From the IMG/VR virus record IMGVR_UViG_3300031519_006853, positions 32,001-96,000 of that record: a stretch of DNA of 64,000 nt. The stretch is one strand, 5' to 3'. The translations under genes were made by a program, and so were the position numbers. Under the pieces are notes generated by a model. The model saw nothing but the letters and a program-made list of their open reading frames with translations. It had not been told where the DNA came from and did no database searches. Origin of the DNA: a virus. Below are positions 1-9,912 of the stretch, piece after piece (the first letter of the stretch is position 1; each line of letters opens with the position of its first letter).

Positions 1-1
1 A

Positions 2-1015
2 AGTGAATATATTCCATTCCGAGTTGATTGGTGGGATGTACCAGGGCGTGATGATGCGTGGATGCGACAAGAGGTTGCAAACCTAGGAAGTGACGAGGCA
101 TTTAACAGACAATATGGAAATCAATTTATAGCAGGTTCTTCATTATTATTAGGTGCAGCTAGTTTACAAAAGCTTACCGAAAATCAAGTGGAATTTACAC
201 ATAAGGAAATACCAGAATTTGATGATGCCGAAATTGATTACTCTAGTATGCTATGGCAACCTGATTTTAATTTAGATGAAATAGAAGAAGATTATAATTA
301 TTGGGTATTTTCAGTTGATATAGCAGAAGGTACTGGTGGAGACTATTCGGTTATTAACATTTTTCAAATAGCTATGTTAGATGAAAAGGATTGGAAAGGA
401 GTAACAACACCAGGTAGTTTTGTTGACTTTTTTGGTATTAAACAGATTGGAAGGTTCCGAAGTAATTCTCACACTATTGAAGAATTTGCAAAAACACTGT
501 ATATTTTAGCATTTGATTTATTTTATTCAGAAAATGTAAAATTAATTATAGAATGGAATATGTTTGGTGGAGAATTAATAAAAAGAATGGAAACTGTATT
601 TCCACAAAGGAATGAGTTTGATGAAGAAAGTGTAGTTAAATTTAAACACCGAGTTGATGCCAAGACAAAACAATTTGGCCTTAAAGTAAAAAAAGATAAT
701 AAACCTATCTTTTGCCAAAATTTTAAAAAATATATTTCACAAAATAAAATTGGTATATTTGATAAAGATACAGTAAAAGAATCTTCTACATTTGGCAAAC
801 TCCCAAATGGGTCATATGCAGGCCAATTAGGTAATGATGACTTGATTATGACTTGTATAAATAGTTCTGAGTTCTTTACTACATTAGATTTCTCAGATTT
901 TGTAGAAGAGATTTATGATGTGATGGATCCCTTAATTCAAAATAAGATAGATCAAATTCTAGAAAAAGATTCAAAGGGTGGGAATCTAAATTTCGATATC
1001 TACGACTTAGTATAA
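2..1015 (+). CDS. terL: Terminase large subunit, C-terminal part (T4 gp17-like; 5'-truncated by window edge)
   Basis: Frame is open from base 2 (SEYIPFRVDWWDVPGRDDAW...). Has the gp17-type WWDVPGRD and FNRQYGNQF motifs, the RNase H-like nuclease motif SVDIAEGTGGDYS and the C-terminal GNDDLIM. Lies immediately upstream of the sheath gene. Confidence 0.92.
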   Translation, partial: SEYIPFRVDWWDVPGRDDAWMRQEVANLGSDEAFNRQYGNQFIAGSSLLLGAASLQKLTENQVEFTHKEIPEFDDAEIDYSSMLWQPDFNLDEIEEDYNYWVFSVDIAEGTGGDYSVINIFQIAMLDEKDWKGVTTPGSFVDFFGIKQIGRFRSNSHTIEEFAKTLYILAFDLFYSENVKLIIEWNMFGGELIKRMETVFPQRNEFDEESVVKFKHRVDAKTKQFGLKVKKDNKPIFCQNFKKYISQNKIGIFDKDTVKESSTFGKLPNGSYAGQLGNDDLIMTCINSSEFFTTLDFSDFVEEIYDVMDPLIQNKIDQILEKDSKGGNLNFDIYDLV

Positions 1016-1032
1016 AAAGTAGTTACTTGGTA

Positions 1033-1041
1033 GATATATAA
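1033..1041 (+). promoter_or_regulatory. Putative late promoter (GATATATAA)
   Basis: RATATATAA/GAATAAATAA motif recurs before structural and capsid-leader genes; analogous to the T4 late TATAAATA box. Confidence 0.55.
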
Positions 1042-1074
1042 AAAAACTAATAAACAAAAAAAATATATTACAAG

Positions 1075-4000
1075 ATGGCACTAGATCCAAAAATCGCTTC
1101 TCTTAAGGCTGCAGGAACATATAGATTTGAATTTGACAAAAGTCAAGTCGTAAGTATTCCAGCAAATCAAACTCGATTGGTAGTCGGGTTTTCCAAGACA
1201 GGCCCATTCAATACACCCGTCTTTGTTCCCGATACGGCTTTCTTTAAGCAAGTATACGGTGATATAGATCGAAACTTAGAAAGAAAAGATTCATTTTTCC
1301 ATAGAAGCTGTTTATCAGCATTGGAAAGAGGACCTATTCTTGCTTTAAATTTACTTAACTTAGATGCTGATGATAAAGTACAAGCCGTTAGGTTTGCTAC
1401 CTCAGCAACACCAGAAGCCCAAGCAAATGCAGGGGCTGCGTATGAGTATCAAAGATTTTATAACAGAGATAAATTTTGGTTCCCATCAACTGATGATTTT
1501 TTAACTAACGTTGGGGCTAATACTACTAAATTAAGTTCATTAACTGTAAATGATTTATTGGATGTTACTAACTTAGGACAAAATCCTATATCAGTAATAG
1601 CAAAAAAATCTGCTGCAACAAATGTTTTACCTTATCAAGTAACTGTTGAAGAATGGTATGGTGCTGCAAATGTACCAGGATTTTTAAATAAGGATAGTTT
1701 AATATCTGACTTCTTTGTAGATATCTTTGTATTAGAAGGTAACTTTGGTGGAGACTTTGGTACTGTTACTCCTTATTCAAGATTTAATTCTGATCCGTTG
1801 TTTCAAAAGTATTTTGACCCAACACAAGGATTAAAAAGAAAAAAGTTTGCAACTGATTCTACAGATACATTAATGCAAGAATTCTTTAATGAAACTGAAG
1901 TAACTTTACAAGCAACTTATACTGCATGTTTAATTCCTGACTTTGTAGATCTATTAGGTAACAACCTTTTCGTTGAAAAAGTTGTTAATGCTGATACTGC
2001 AACTACTGGATTATTTGTTACTGTAAACGAAGATTTATTTGACGGTGATACATTAATAGATGGTGTACCTGGAGGAATTGATATGATAGGACACAATATT
2101 GAATATACTCAAGCTACTTCAATCCAAGATGATGTTAACTTCTTATCTTACGGAGGATCAATTGTTTCTGATTTATCTTATGCAAGAAATATTGAACTAG
2201 GAACTGTTGTAACTAATTCAACAAGTACAATTACAACAGCTGTACCAAGTGCAGGAGGTATACAAATACAAATTGTAAATACTAATGCTACTAAAGATGC
2301 AATATGGACTGCATTTTCTAAAATGACTGCAAATACACCAAGTATAGTAGGATCATTTATATTAGATCCTATAGCAAATGAATATGTACCAGTAACTTCG
2401 GTGCAAGTTGTAGGTAGTACTGTAACAGTATTATTATCAGATGTAGGAACTCCGGTTGTGGCTAACTTCCCAACAGGCGCTGCTGCAAGTTATACTTATA
2501 TTAATGAAGCAGATTTGGATTTTGTAGCAGATGAATTTTCGCAAGCTAATCCAGTTGCTGGAATTATTGGTGGTTATGGATCAACATTACAAGCACAATT
2601 TGCTAACGGTACTTTAACCGATGGTGATGAAGCAGTTTATAAAGATTCATTAGGTACTTTTACTTCATTCTTGGTAATGAATGCTATAGAGTATGGATTT
2701 ATTCATACAGGTGGACCGACTACAACTGCAAATACAATTGCAATCTCTGATTCGGATTATTTCTTACCATCGGTTAGAATAACCCCTTATGAGCAAGATT
2801 CATTTTCTACATTAACACCACATAGTGAATTTACAATCGATGCTTTAGGACAATTCCTTAAATCAGATGGTACTACATTATGGCCAGTGAATACCTTAGG
2901 TGTACAAACACTAAAAGGTGCTCTTAACCTTACTGTAGATATTGTAGGTGATACTTTAAATGAACCAACATTAAAACCGAATGAAATACTTATAGCAGAT
3001 AATTCACCAGAAATTGCTGATATCGTTGTAGGAAATTATTTAGTACATTTTGAAGGATCTGTTACTATACCACATTCAAGGTTAACAAGAATTAATATTG
3101 TAGAAGGTGGATTAACTGCATCAGAATATCCAATTTTATCTGGTTTACCTGCAGGTGTAAAAGGTGTTAAAGTAACATGTCAATCTGAAATAAGTACAAC
3201 TTCAATAGGAGCTTTAAAAACTGTAGAGGTTTATTATCCAATTGATTCTTGGGTAGATTACCTTAACATATTTGAATTACCTGGATTTGCATTAGATTCA
3301 ACTAAACATGTACCTGATGGAACAAACAGTAGACAAAATTATTGTTTATCTCCAATATTAGGTGGAACTAATTTATATAAAGCTTTAACAGATAGAGAAA
3401 CAATTAACTTCCGTTATGTAGTAGATACTTATGGAAATGGAATTGAAGCAAACTGTAAAGCTGTTTATACAAATTTATGTATGGGTAGAAAAAATGCATT
3501 TGCAATTGTTAATGCTCCATCTGCTAAAGACTTCAAGAAAAATACTAATCCAAGCTTTACTGATGCAACTGGTGGTTTATCCTCTAAGTTTATCGCGGAA
3601 GGTGGAAATCTTGCATTAAATCCAACTATTAGGTTCTCATTACCTGCCGCTACAAGTGGTGGATCTTGGGGAGGATATTATTATCCATTCTTAAGCGTTA
3701 GAGATCTAGGTAAGACTATAAGTGTACCACCTGCAGCAAATGTATCTAACAACTATATACTTAAATATGAAAACGCATTACCGTGGTCAATCGTGGCTGG
3801 TGTAAGACGTGGAGTTATAGGTGGTAATGGGGTTGTAGGTTTAGAATTAAATCTAGATCAAGAAGACCGCTATTACTTAGAGCCATTCGGAATTAATCCG
3901 ATTGTATTCCAAAGTGGAACAGGACCAACTATATTTGCAAATAAAACTGCTCAACAGGTTCCAAAATCTGCTTTAAGTTCAATTAACGTTAGAGAGGTTG

Positions 4001-4302
4001 TAATTTACATCCAAGATGGTGTTGAAGCAATTCTTAAAAACTACTTATTTGAATTTAATACAGCTCAAACGAGATTAGAAATTAAAACATTAGCTGATAA
4101 CTTCTTATCAACTGTTCAAAATGATGATGGTGTTTACGATTATAGAAATATAATGGATGAAACAAACAATACACCAGAAGTAATTGACCAGAATGTAGGT
4201 ATCCTAGATACATATATTGAACCAGTAAGAGGAATGGAAATTCTTGTACAGAGAACAACTATTTTAAGAACTGGTGCAATTAGTACTGGAAACTTCCAAT
4301 AA
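1075..4302 (+). CDS. Tail sheath protein (gp18-like) with a large central insertion
   Basis: N-terminal AAGTYRFEFD...VVGFSKTGPFNTP and C-terminal YLEPFGINPI...SALSSINVREVVIYI...ILKNYLFEFNTAQTR...IEPVRGME are typical contractile sheath motifs. Confidence 0.93.
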   Translation: MALDPKIASLKAAGTYRFEFDKSQVVSIPANQTRLVVGFSKTGPFNTPVFVPDTAFFKQVYGDIDRNLERKDSFFHRSCLSALERGPILALNLLNLDADDKVQAVRFATSATPEAQANAGAAYEYQRFYNRDKFWFPSTDDFLTNVGANTTKLSSLTVNDLLDVTNLGQNPISVIAKKSAATNVLPYQVTVEEWYGAANVPGFLNKDSLISDFFVDIFVLEGNFGGDFGTVTPYSRFNSDPLFQKYFDPTQGLKRKKFATDSTDTLMQEFFNETEVTLQATYTACLIPDFVDLLGNNLFVEKVVNADTATTGLFVTVNEDLFDGDTLIDGVPGGIDMIGHNIEYTQATSIQDDVNFLSYGGSIVSDLSYARNIELGTVVTNSTSTITTAVPSAGGIQIQIVNTNATKDAIWTAFSKMTANTPSIVGSFILDPIANEYVPVTSVQVVGSTVTVLLSDVGTPVVANFPTGAAASYTYINEADLDFVADEFSQANPVAGIIGGYGSTLQAQFANGTLTDGDEAVYKDSLGTFTSFLVMNAIEYGFIHTGGPTTTANTIAISDSDYFLPSVRITPYEQDSFSTLTPHSEFTIDALGQFLKSDGTTLWPVNTLGVQTLKGALNLTVDIVGDTLNEPTLKPNEILIADNSPEIADIVVGNYLVHFEGSVTIPHSRLTRINIVEGGLTASEYPILSGLPAGVKGVKVTCQSEISTTSIGALKTVEVYYPIDSWVDYLNIFELPGFALDSTKHVPDGTNSRQNYCLSPILGGTNLYKALTDRETINFRYVVDTYGNGIEANCKAVYTNLCMGRKNAFAIVNAPSAKDFKKNTNPSFTDATGGLSSKFIAEGGNLALNPTIRFSLPAATSGGSWGGYYYPFLSVRDLGKTISVPPAANVSNNYILKYENALPWSIVAGVRRGVIGGNGVVGLELNLDQEDRYYLEPFGINPIVFQSGTGPTIFANKTAQQVPKSALSSINVREVVIYIQDGVEAILKNYLFEFNTAQTRLEIKTLADNFLSTVQNDDGVYDYRNIMDETNNTPEVIDQNVGILDTYIEPVRGMEILVQRTTILRTGAISTGNFQ

Positions 4303-4317
4303 GAAGGTAAAGAAGAC

Positions 4318-4327
4318 GAATATATAA
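4318..4327 (+). promoter_or_regulatory. Putative late promoter (GAATATATAA)
   Basis: Same motif as 1033, 15 nt before the tube ATG. Confidence 0.55.
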
Positions 4328-4342
4328 AAAAACAAATTAAAT

Positions 4343-4897
4343 ATGCCACTACCACATTATACCCAATCAAGGGCCAGTAGCCAAAGGTACGAACCTATTC
4401 AGCCTAACCTATTTGAGGTGACTGTATTTTCACCATTAGGGGATGATACGGGTTTAATCTTAGAGCAAGTAAAATCAATAGGAGGATTAAATAACTTAAA
4501 TCCATCAATTGATGCTATAAATCAAAAATATAAGTTTGCTGATAGATCCTATGCAGGAATGCCAGGCCAAACGTTTGTTGATTTAACACTTAACTTCAGT
4601 CTTAACTTGAATGAAGCTAATGAAAACTATATCTATAATACTTTCCGTAACTGGAATAATATCATTTATGATCCATTAACTGGTGAAATGGGATTAAAGA
4701 AAGATTACGTAGGAAGTATGATCGTAGTTCAATATAATAGAGCAGGAGATATCTTCAGAAAGATTACATTTAAAGATGTATTCCCAACAGGACAACCTGA
4801 TTTTGTAGATGAATTAAGCTATGAAACACAAGATGCAGCTGAATTAACAATGACTTATCGTTGTGATCACTGGGTTGAGGAGAACGTAGGAGCATAA
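4343..4897 (+). CDS. Tail tube protein (gp19-like)
   Basis: Follows the sheath gene. Has PNLFEVT, FRNWNNIIYDPLTG, KKDYVG and FKDVFPT...ELSYE...LTMTYRCDHW motifs. Confidence 0.9.
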   Translation: MPLPHYTQSRASSQRYEPIQPNLFEVTVFSPLGDDTGLILEQVKSIGGLNNLNPSIDAINQKYKFADRSYAGMPGQTFVDLTLNFSLNLNEANENYIYNTFRNWNNIIYDPLTGEMGLKKDYVGSMIVVQYNRAGDIFRKITFKDVFPTGQPDFVDELSYETQDAAELTMTYRCDHWVEENVGA

Positions 4898-4909
4898 CTT
4901 TTAAATATT

Positions 4910-4942
4910 AAACTGGGAATATTAACTATTCCCAGTTTTTTT
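4910..4942 (+). terminator. Rho-independent terminator after tail tube gene
   Basis: AAACTGGGAATA-TTAAC-TATTCCCAGTTT perfect 12-bp stem followed by a T-run. Confidence 0.88.
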
Positions 4943-4985
4943 GCCTTCTCTCTAATATATAATATAAAATATATAATATAGAAAA

Positions 4986-5456
4986 ATGATAATCTATAAA
5001 TTACAACAACAAAAAACTAACAAAGTTTATGTAGGATATTCAGTAAATGACAACCCTAATAACTTTGGGACAGGAAAATACATTAAAAGAGCAGTTAAAG
5101 ACTTTGGAACTAAAGCTTTTGAAAGAGAAGTTATGGAAATCTTCGATAATGACGAATCTTTAAGTGATGTATTAAAAAGAGTAGAGTATTGGATTAATAA
5201 ATTTAAATCTGATAATCCTAAGTATGGTTTTAATGAAACTGTACAAGAACTTATTCCACAAAGAAAAAGACTAACTAAAAAATTACAAGTCTTATTAACG
5301 CCTGAGGATGAAGAAAGTCTAAATGCGATAATTATACAAAGATCAATGGAAAGCAGAATTAAGCCTGTTGCAATATCAAGGTATGTTAGACAACTAATAG
5401 TAGAACATATTGTTAATGAAAATACAATTGAAAAACAATTAATAAAAAATAATTAA
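4986..5456 (+). CDS. GIY-YIG (Seg-like) domain fused to a ribbon-helix-helix-like domain
   Basis: IIYK...VYVGY...FGTGKYIKRAVKDFG...AFEREVME...EYWI...NPKYGFN resembles the Seg GIY-YIG core. C-terminal KKLQVLLTPED...ISRYVRQLI resembles RHH. Confidence 0.6.
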   Translation: MIIYKLQQQKTNKVYVGYSVNDNPNNFGTGKYIKRAVKDFGTKAFEREVMEIFDNDESLSDVLKRVEYWINKFKSDNPKYGFNETVQELIPQRKRLTKKLQVLLTPEDEESLNAIIIQRSMESRIKPVAISRYVRQLIVEHIVNENTIEKQLIKNN

Positions 5457-5458
5457 AA

Positions 5459-6457
5459 ATGTCAAAAGAGCACGAAGAAAATATTAAAAAGGAATTTGCA
5501 CAGGCTGAAGGTATTACAGTTGAAGCAACAGAAACTCCTAAAGAAATAATTAAAGAATTAGGAAAGGTTGATGTTAGCAGGCAATTGGACCATACTTCAC
5601 CAGATGATCCTGAAATAAAAAGATTAAATTCATTGGTTGGTTACACACCATTAAATTTAAATGAGTTTCCATCAAAAGGTAAATTTTATAGAGATGATTT
5701 TGAAATTCACATCAGATCGGCAAAGGTTGCTGAAGTTAGAGCATTCTCTACTGTTGATGAAAATAACTTAAAAGAAGTTGATGATGGGTTAAACAATTTA
5801 GTTTTATCTTGTACAAGAATTATGTACGGTAGTCAAAGAGGATCTTATAAAGATATTTTAGAAGAAGATAGAATTTATTTAATTCTAGCAATTAGAGAAT
5901 TAACCTTTAAAACTGGTGAACAAACATTAATGATGCCAGTTGGAAAAAAATCATGCAAGACATCAGAATGTAAATCACAAGAATCTATTGAATTAAGAAC
6001 AGAGAATTTGCAATTTAATAATGTTATAGATACAATTGAAAAATATTATGATCCAGCTGATAAATGTTATACGATAACTACTAAAAGTTATGGTGAAATT
6101 AAAATGGCTCCACCTACTATCGGTGTTATGAGAGCTATAACTGATTATATCAGAGATAGGGAGGAGAAAAACCAAAGCTGGGATAAATCTACATTAGCTA
6201 TCTTGCCTTATCTACAGAGAGAATGGCGAGGATGGACTGAAAAAGATATTTTTGCAAAGATTACATCCTTTCAAGGTTGGGATGCTACAAAATATACAAT
6301 TGTATATAGATTAGCTGAAGATATGAAAGTTGGTGTTAAACCTGAAATGGTATTCCCATGTAAAAGCTGCGGTGAGGAGGTCACCGTTCCGCTCACGTTT
6401 CCCGGCGGTATCAAGGCTCTCTTCATTATTTCAGATATCTCTTCTGAACTTTTATAA
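5459..6457 (+). CDS. Baseplate hub / tail assembly chaperone (T4 gp26-like)
   Basis: LPSKG-type motif (EFPSKGKFY), DRIYLILAIRELTF and a terminal CxxC (PCKSCGE); lies between tube and tape measure genes. Confidence 0.6.
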   Translation: MSKEHEENIKKEFAQAEGITVEATETPKEIIKELGKVDVSRQLDHTSPDDPEIKRLNSLVGYTPLNLNEFPSKGKFYRDDFEIHIRSAKVAEVRAFSTVDENNLKEVDDGLNNLVLSCTRIMYGSQRGSYKDILEEDRIYLILAIRELTFKTGEQTLMMPVGKKSCKTSECKSQESIELRTENLQFNNVIDTIEKYYDPADKCYTITTKSYGEIKMAPPTIGVMRAITDYIRDREEKNQSWDKSTLAILPYLQREWRGWTEKDIFAKITSFQGWDATKYTIVYRLAEDMKVGVKPEMVFPCKSCGEEVTVPLTFPGGIKALFIISDISSELL

Positions 6458-6707
6458 AGTTAGAGTTTTATTATTAGAAAAGTTGCATCTCCAACCATCT
6501 GAGTTGGATTTGCTGCCTTTCTATGAATATGAATTTACTTTGGAAATCTATAATGATTTGTTGAAAGAGCGAAATAAGCAAGAACAACAAAATACTAAAG
6601 ACACTCAAGATAAATACAATATGGATGGGATGAAATCTCAGGCAACTAAAAATATGAGTGGTTATAAAACTCCTAAGATGCCTTCGATGAAAATGCCTAA
6701 ATTATAA
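6330..6707 (+). CDS. gp51-like / GpE'-like tail assembly protein overlapping the upstream ORF; true start uncertain, possibly expressed by frameshift
   Basis: LLNFYKVRVLLLEKLHLQPSELDLLPFYEYE...LLKERNKQE resembles the small gp51/GT-type chaperone. The first ~30 codons from ATG 6330 look like shadow sequence and there is no ATG near the conserved part. Confidence 0.6.
   Translation: MVLNLKWYSHVKAAVRRSPFRSRFPAVSRLSSLFQISLLNFYKVRVLLLEKLHLQPSELDLLPFYEYEFTLEIYNDLLKERNKQEQQNTKDTQDKYNMDGMKSQATKNMSGYKTPKMPSMKMPKL
6370..6404 (+). other. Candidate programmed frameshift site (hairpin CGGTGA-GGAGG-TCACCG, then TTT CCC G)
   Basis: In-frame TTT CCC at 6398-6403 can re-pair as TTC CCG in the +1 frame, which is the frame of the overlapping ORF. 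The patch is locally GC-rich in an AT-rich gene. Confidence 0.4.
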
Positions 6708-6720
6708 AATAAAATTCTGA

Positions 6721-9700
6721 ATGGCTGCCGTAACCTTAGCAAATTTAATGGACCCTCTAAAGAAAATAGAGGCTGCCGCTAGTGAAACCAATGAAAAGTT
6801 AGATATGTTAATTGCAGTATCTACTGGTGGTAACGATGGTGGTGGATCAATGGCCATTATAAATGAATTACAAACTCAAACTCTATTGCTTCAACAAATA
6901 GAAGCAAATACTAGAGGAATAGATGAAAAGTCAAGTAAAAGTTTAACTAATTTTCTTTTTACTCGTTCACACCGAAAGAAGTTATTGTCAGCAGTATCTC
7001 AAAAACCTGAAAAAGGTGGTGGTGCTGCCGCTGGTGGCGGTGGTGGTAAAATGGCAGATCTAAAAGCCTTAGGTATAGGATCTATTAAAACTGCAATGGG
7101 TATGTTACTCTGGGCAATTGTACCTAAAAAAGGTGTAGACAAGTTTGTTGACTTTATTGAAAGAACTTTTACAAAGCTAGCTGATACAGATACTAAAAAA
7201 GTCCAGGAAGGTATATCAGCTTTAGATATGATGGGTGGTGCAATATTTAAATTTGCTAAAGGTTTAGCATTAGCCACACCTCTATTACTTATTGGGGCAA
7301 TAGGTATACCAATTTTATATTTAACCACAATATTAGTAACTCCACTATTTCTTTTATTAGGAATGGCAGAGAAACAAATTAAAGGTGGTGCAGGAGCTAT
7401 GGCCGATATGGGTATGGGATTAGTTAAGTTTGCAGCAGGCTTAGCACTTTTTGCCTTAGTATCTTATTTTGTTATGCAAGGCGGTTTACCATTATTGATG
7501 ACTATGGCTGGATCCATACTTTTAATAGGTGGTGCTGTGGCTCTATTAGGTGTAGTTGATAAACAAGTTAGAAAAGGATCTGTTGCTTTAGCAATGATGG
7601 GAATTGGTTTAGCAATATTTGGTTTAGGATATGCAGCCTATGCTGGTTTAATTGCAATGACAGCACCAACACTTGAAGATATAGCCATACAAGCAGGAGT
7701 ATTAATAGGATTAGGAATAGCAGTAGCAATATTAGGTTTAGTATTTACTGAAGTAGTAAAAGGATCTATAGCTTTAGCCGTAATGGGAGTTGGGCTGCTT
7801 GTTTTTGGATTAGCATATACTCCATTTGCTAAAGCTACAAGCGGTGTTAAGTTTGCAGACATTGGTATGCAAGTAGCTGTAATATTAGGATTTGGTGTTG
7901 TATTCGCTTTACTTGGAGCATATGAAGCAGGTTTAATGACTGGAATTCCATTAACTATTACATTAGGATCGATTGCAATTGCTGTAATGGGACTTGGTCT
8001 TCTTGTCTTTGGTTTAGGATATACTCCATTTGCTAAAGCAACAGAAGGAGTTACCTTAAAAAGTGTTGCTGCTCAGGCTGGTGTATTATCTGCATTAGCT
8101 GTTGTATTTGGGGTTGCTGGTGTAGGATCAATATTTATTGGTGCAGGTGCAATTGCATTTGGTGCAGTAGGTTTAGCATTACAAGCATTAGGCCCAGGTT
8201 TACAGGCAATGAAGGATGTTGACTTTACTCAAAAAGATGCTCTTAACTTAACAACTACATTAGCTGGTGTAAAGACAGCGTTTTTAGGACCTCCTAAAGG
8301 TGGTGGTATTGGAGGATTCTTTAAAAGTATTGGTGGTGCTATAACAGGTACTATTGATGCAGGTGCAATGACAGCAGCAGCAATAGGGTTTGGTGCAGCC
8401 GGTTTAGCATTAACTAGGTTATCTATTGGTTTAAAGGATTATCAAAAATTAGATTGGACTGCAGATGATAGTTTACAGCTAACAACTGTATTGACAGGTG
8501 TAACAGGTGCATTCGCAGCAGCTGGTGGCGAAGCTGCAACCCCAACAGGTCTATTTGGAGCTGTATTTGGAAACGCATTCAGTCCTAACGCCACTAAGAA
8601 AGGTATTAATTCTGTGATGGGTGCAGGTAAAGCTTTAACTAGCATAGCCCAAGGTTTAACTGAATTTCAAAAACTAGTAGATTCTAAAGTTGACTTTACT
8701 GTATTAGGTGAAGCTATATCTACAACAGTTGGATTTGTGCAAAGAGCATTTGCAGCTGTTGCTGAAGAAGGTAATGTTGATGCAGGTGGTTTCTTTGGAT
8801 CCTTATTTGGAATTAAGAAGAATAAGGTTGCAGAAGGATTAGACGCAGTCCAAGGTGCAGGATCTGCATTAACTGGCATAGCTGAAGGTTTAACTGCATT
8901 TCAAACATTAGTTGAATCTAAAGTAGATTTTGACAAAGTTGGTGCTGCTATATCTAAATCAGTTGGTTTTGTACAAGAGGCTTTTGCAGCCGTTGCTGAT
9001 CAAGGTAATGTTAAAGCAGGTGGTTTTTGGGGAAGCCTATTAGGAATCAAAAAGAATAAAGTACAAGAAGGTATACAATCAGTACAAGGTGCAGGTACTG
9101 AATTAGAAAAAATTGCAAATGCGCTATCTACGTTTTCTGGTATAGATAATGTAGAAGACGTTGCTGGAAAAATTGGAATAACTTTAGGTTTAGTTGGAGC
9201 TGCTTTTGCTAAAATCGGTGGAGCTGAAAATGAAGAAACTAATTCGTTTATGTTTTTTAGCTGGGATGAAAATAAAATTCAAAAAGGTATTCAAGCTGTT
9301 GATGGTGCAGGTGATGCGCTAACAGACATAGCAGCAGGTCTTAAAGCATTCAGTGGTGATTTTCAACCAGAAGCTGTTGCCACATCTGTTGGTAAATTAT
9401 TAACTTCTATAGGAACTGCATTTAGTGATCTTTATGAAACTAATCCATTTATGTCTTCTCAATTAGAAGATTTTAGTTCCTTTATAGTTACTCTAGGTGA
9501 TGTTGCTGAAAAGGGCCAATTGGATAAAGCAGCTGATGGTATTTCTAAAATAGCAGATTCAATTAATAAAATAGATATTGACAAAGCAATAGGATTTGGT
9601 AATTTATTTAATAGTGCATCTGCGCTATCCGACGATAAGTCAGCATATCGTGCTTTAGCAAAAGCAGTAGAAGATATTAGAGATATGATGTCTGAGCCAG

Positions 9701-9900
9701 CTGCTGGTGGAGATAGTGTTATGGATAAAATATTTAAAAAATCTGCTACTGATAAAGGTGGTGCAAAATCAGGTACTACTGGTGGTAATGCAGCCTTAAG
9801 TAATGCAATTCGTAAATTGAGCGGTAAAATTGATGGTTTACCAATGGCTATAACTACTGGAATAGCATCTTCAAATATTGTAGTGAAACTTAAACAATAA
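6721..9900 (+). CDS. Tape measure protein
   Basis: 1059 aa, rich in Ala/Gly/hydrophobic residues with internal repeats (e.g. LLVFGLxYTPFAKAT twice, AFAAVA...G.V.AGGF.GSL.GIKKNKV repeats); follows the chaperone pair. Confidence 0.82.
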   Translation: MAAVTLANLMDPLKKIEAAASETNEKLDMLIAVSTGGNDGGGSMAIINELQTQTLLLQQIEANTRGIDEKSSKSLTNFLFTRSHRKKLLSAVSQKPEKGGGAAAGGGGGKMADLKALGIGSIKTAMGMLLWAIVPKKGVDKFVDFIERTFTKLADTDTKKVQEGISALDMMGGAIFKFAKGLALATPLLLIGAIGIPILYLTTILVTPLFLLLGMAEKQIKGGAGAMADMGMGLVKFAAGLALFALVSYFVMQGGLPLLMTMAGSILLIGGAVALLGVVDKQVRKGSVALAMMGIGLAIFGLGYAAYAGLIAMTAPTLEDIAIQAGVLIGLGIAVAILGLVFTEVVKGSIALAVMGVGLLVFGLAYTPFAKATSGVKFADIGMQVAVILGFGVVFALLGAYEAGLMTGIPLTITLGSIAIAVMGLGLLVFGLGYTPFAKATEGVTLKSVAAQAGVLSALAVVFGVAGVGSIFIGAGAIAFGAVGLALQALGPGLQAMKDVDFTQKDALNLTTTLAGVKTAFLGPPKGGGIGGFFKSIGGAITGTIDAGAMTAAAIGFGAAGLALTRLSIGLKDYQKLDWTADDSLQLTTVLTGVTGAFAAAGGEAATPTGLFGAVFGNAFSPNATKKGINSVMGAGKALTSIAQGLTEFQKLVDSKVDFTVLGEAISTTVGFVQRAFAAVAEEGNVDAGGFFGSLFGIKKNKVAEGLDAVQGAGSALTGIAEGLTAFQTLVESKVDFDKVGAAISKSVGFVQEAFAAVADQGNVKAGGFWGSLLGIKKNKVQEGIQSVQGAGTELEKIANALSTFSGIDNVEDVAGKIGITLGLVGAAFAKIGGAENEETNSFMFFSWDENKIQKGIQAVDGAGDALTDIAAGLKAFSGDFQPEAVATSVGKLLTSIGTAFSDLYETNPFMSSQLEDFSSFIVTLGDVAEKGQLDKAADGISKIADSINKIDIDKAIGFGNLFNSASALSDDKSAYRALAKAVEDIRDMMSEPAAGGDSVMDKIFKKSATDKGGAKSGTTGGNAALSNAIRKLSGKIDGLPMAITTGIASSNIVVKLKQ

Positions 9901-9912
9901 ATTATAATTTCT

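Noticed and set aside
6721-9900. Hydrophobic repeats as a membrane transporter or novel repeat system
   Set aside because: Position and composition fit an ordinary tape measure protein.
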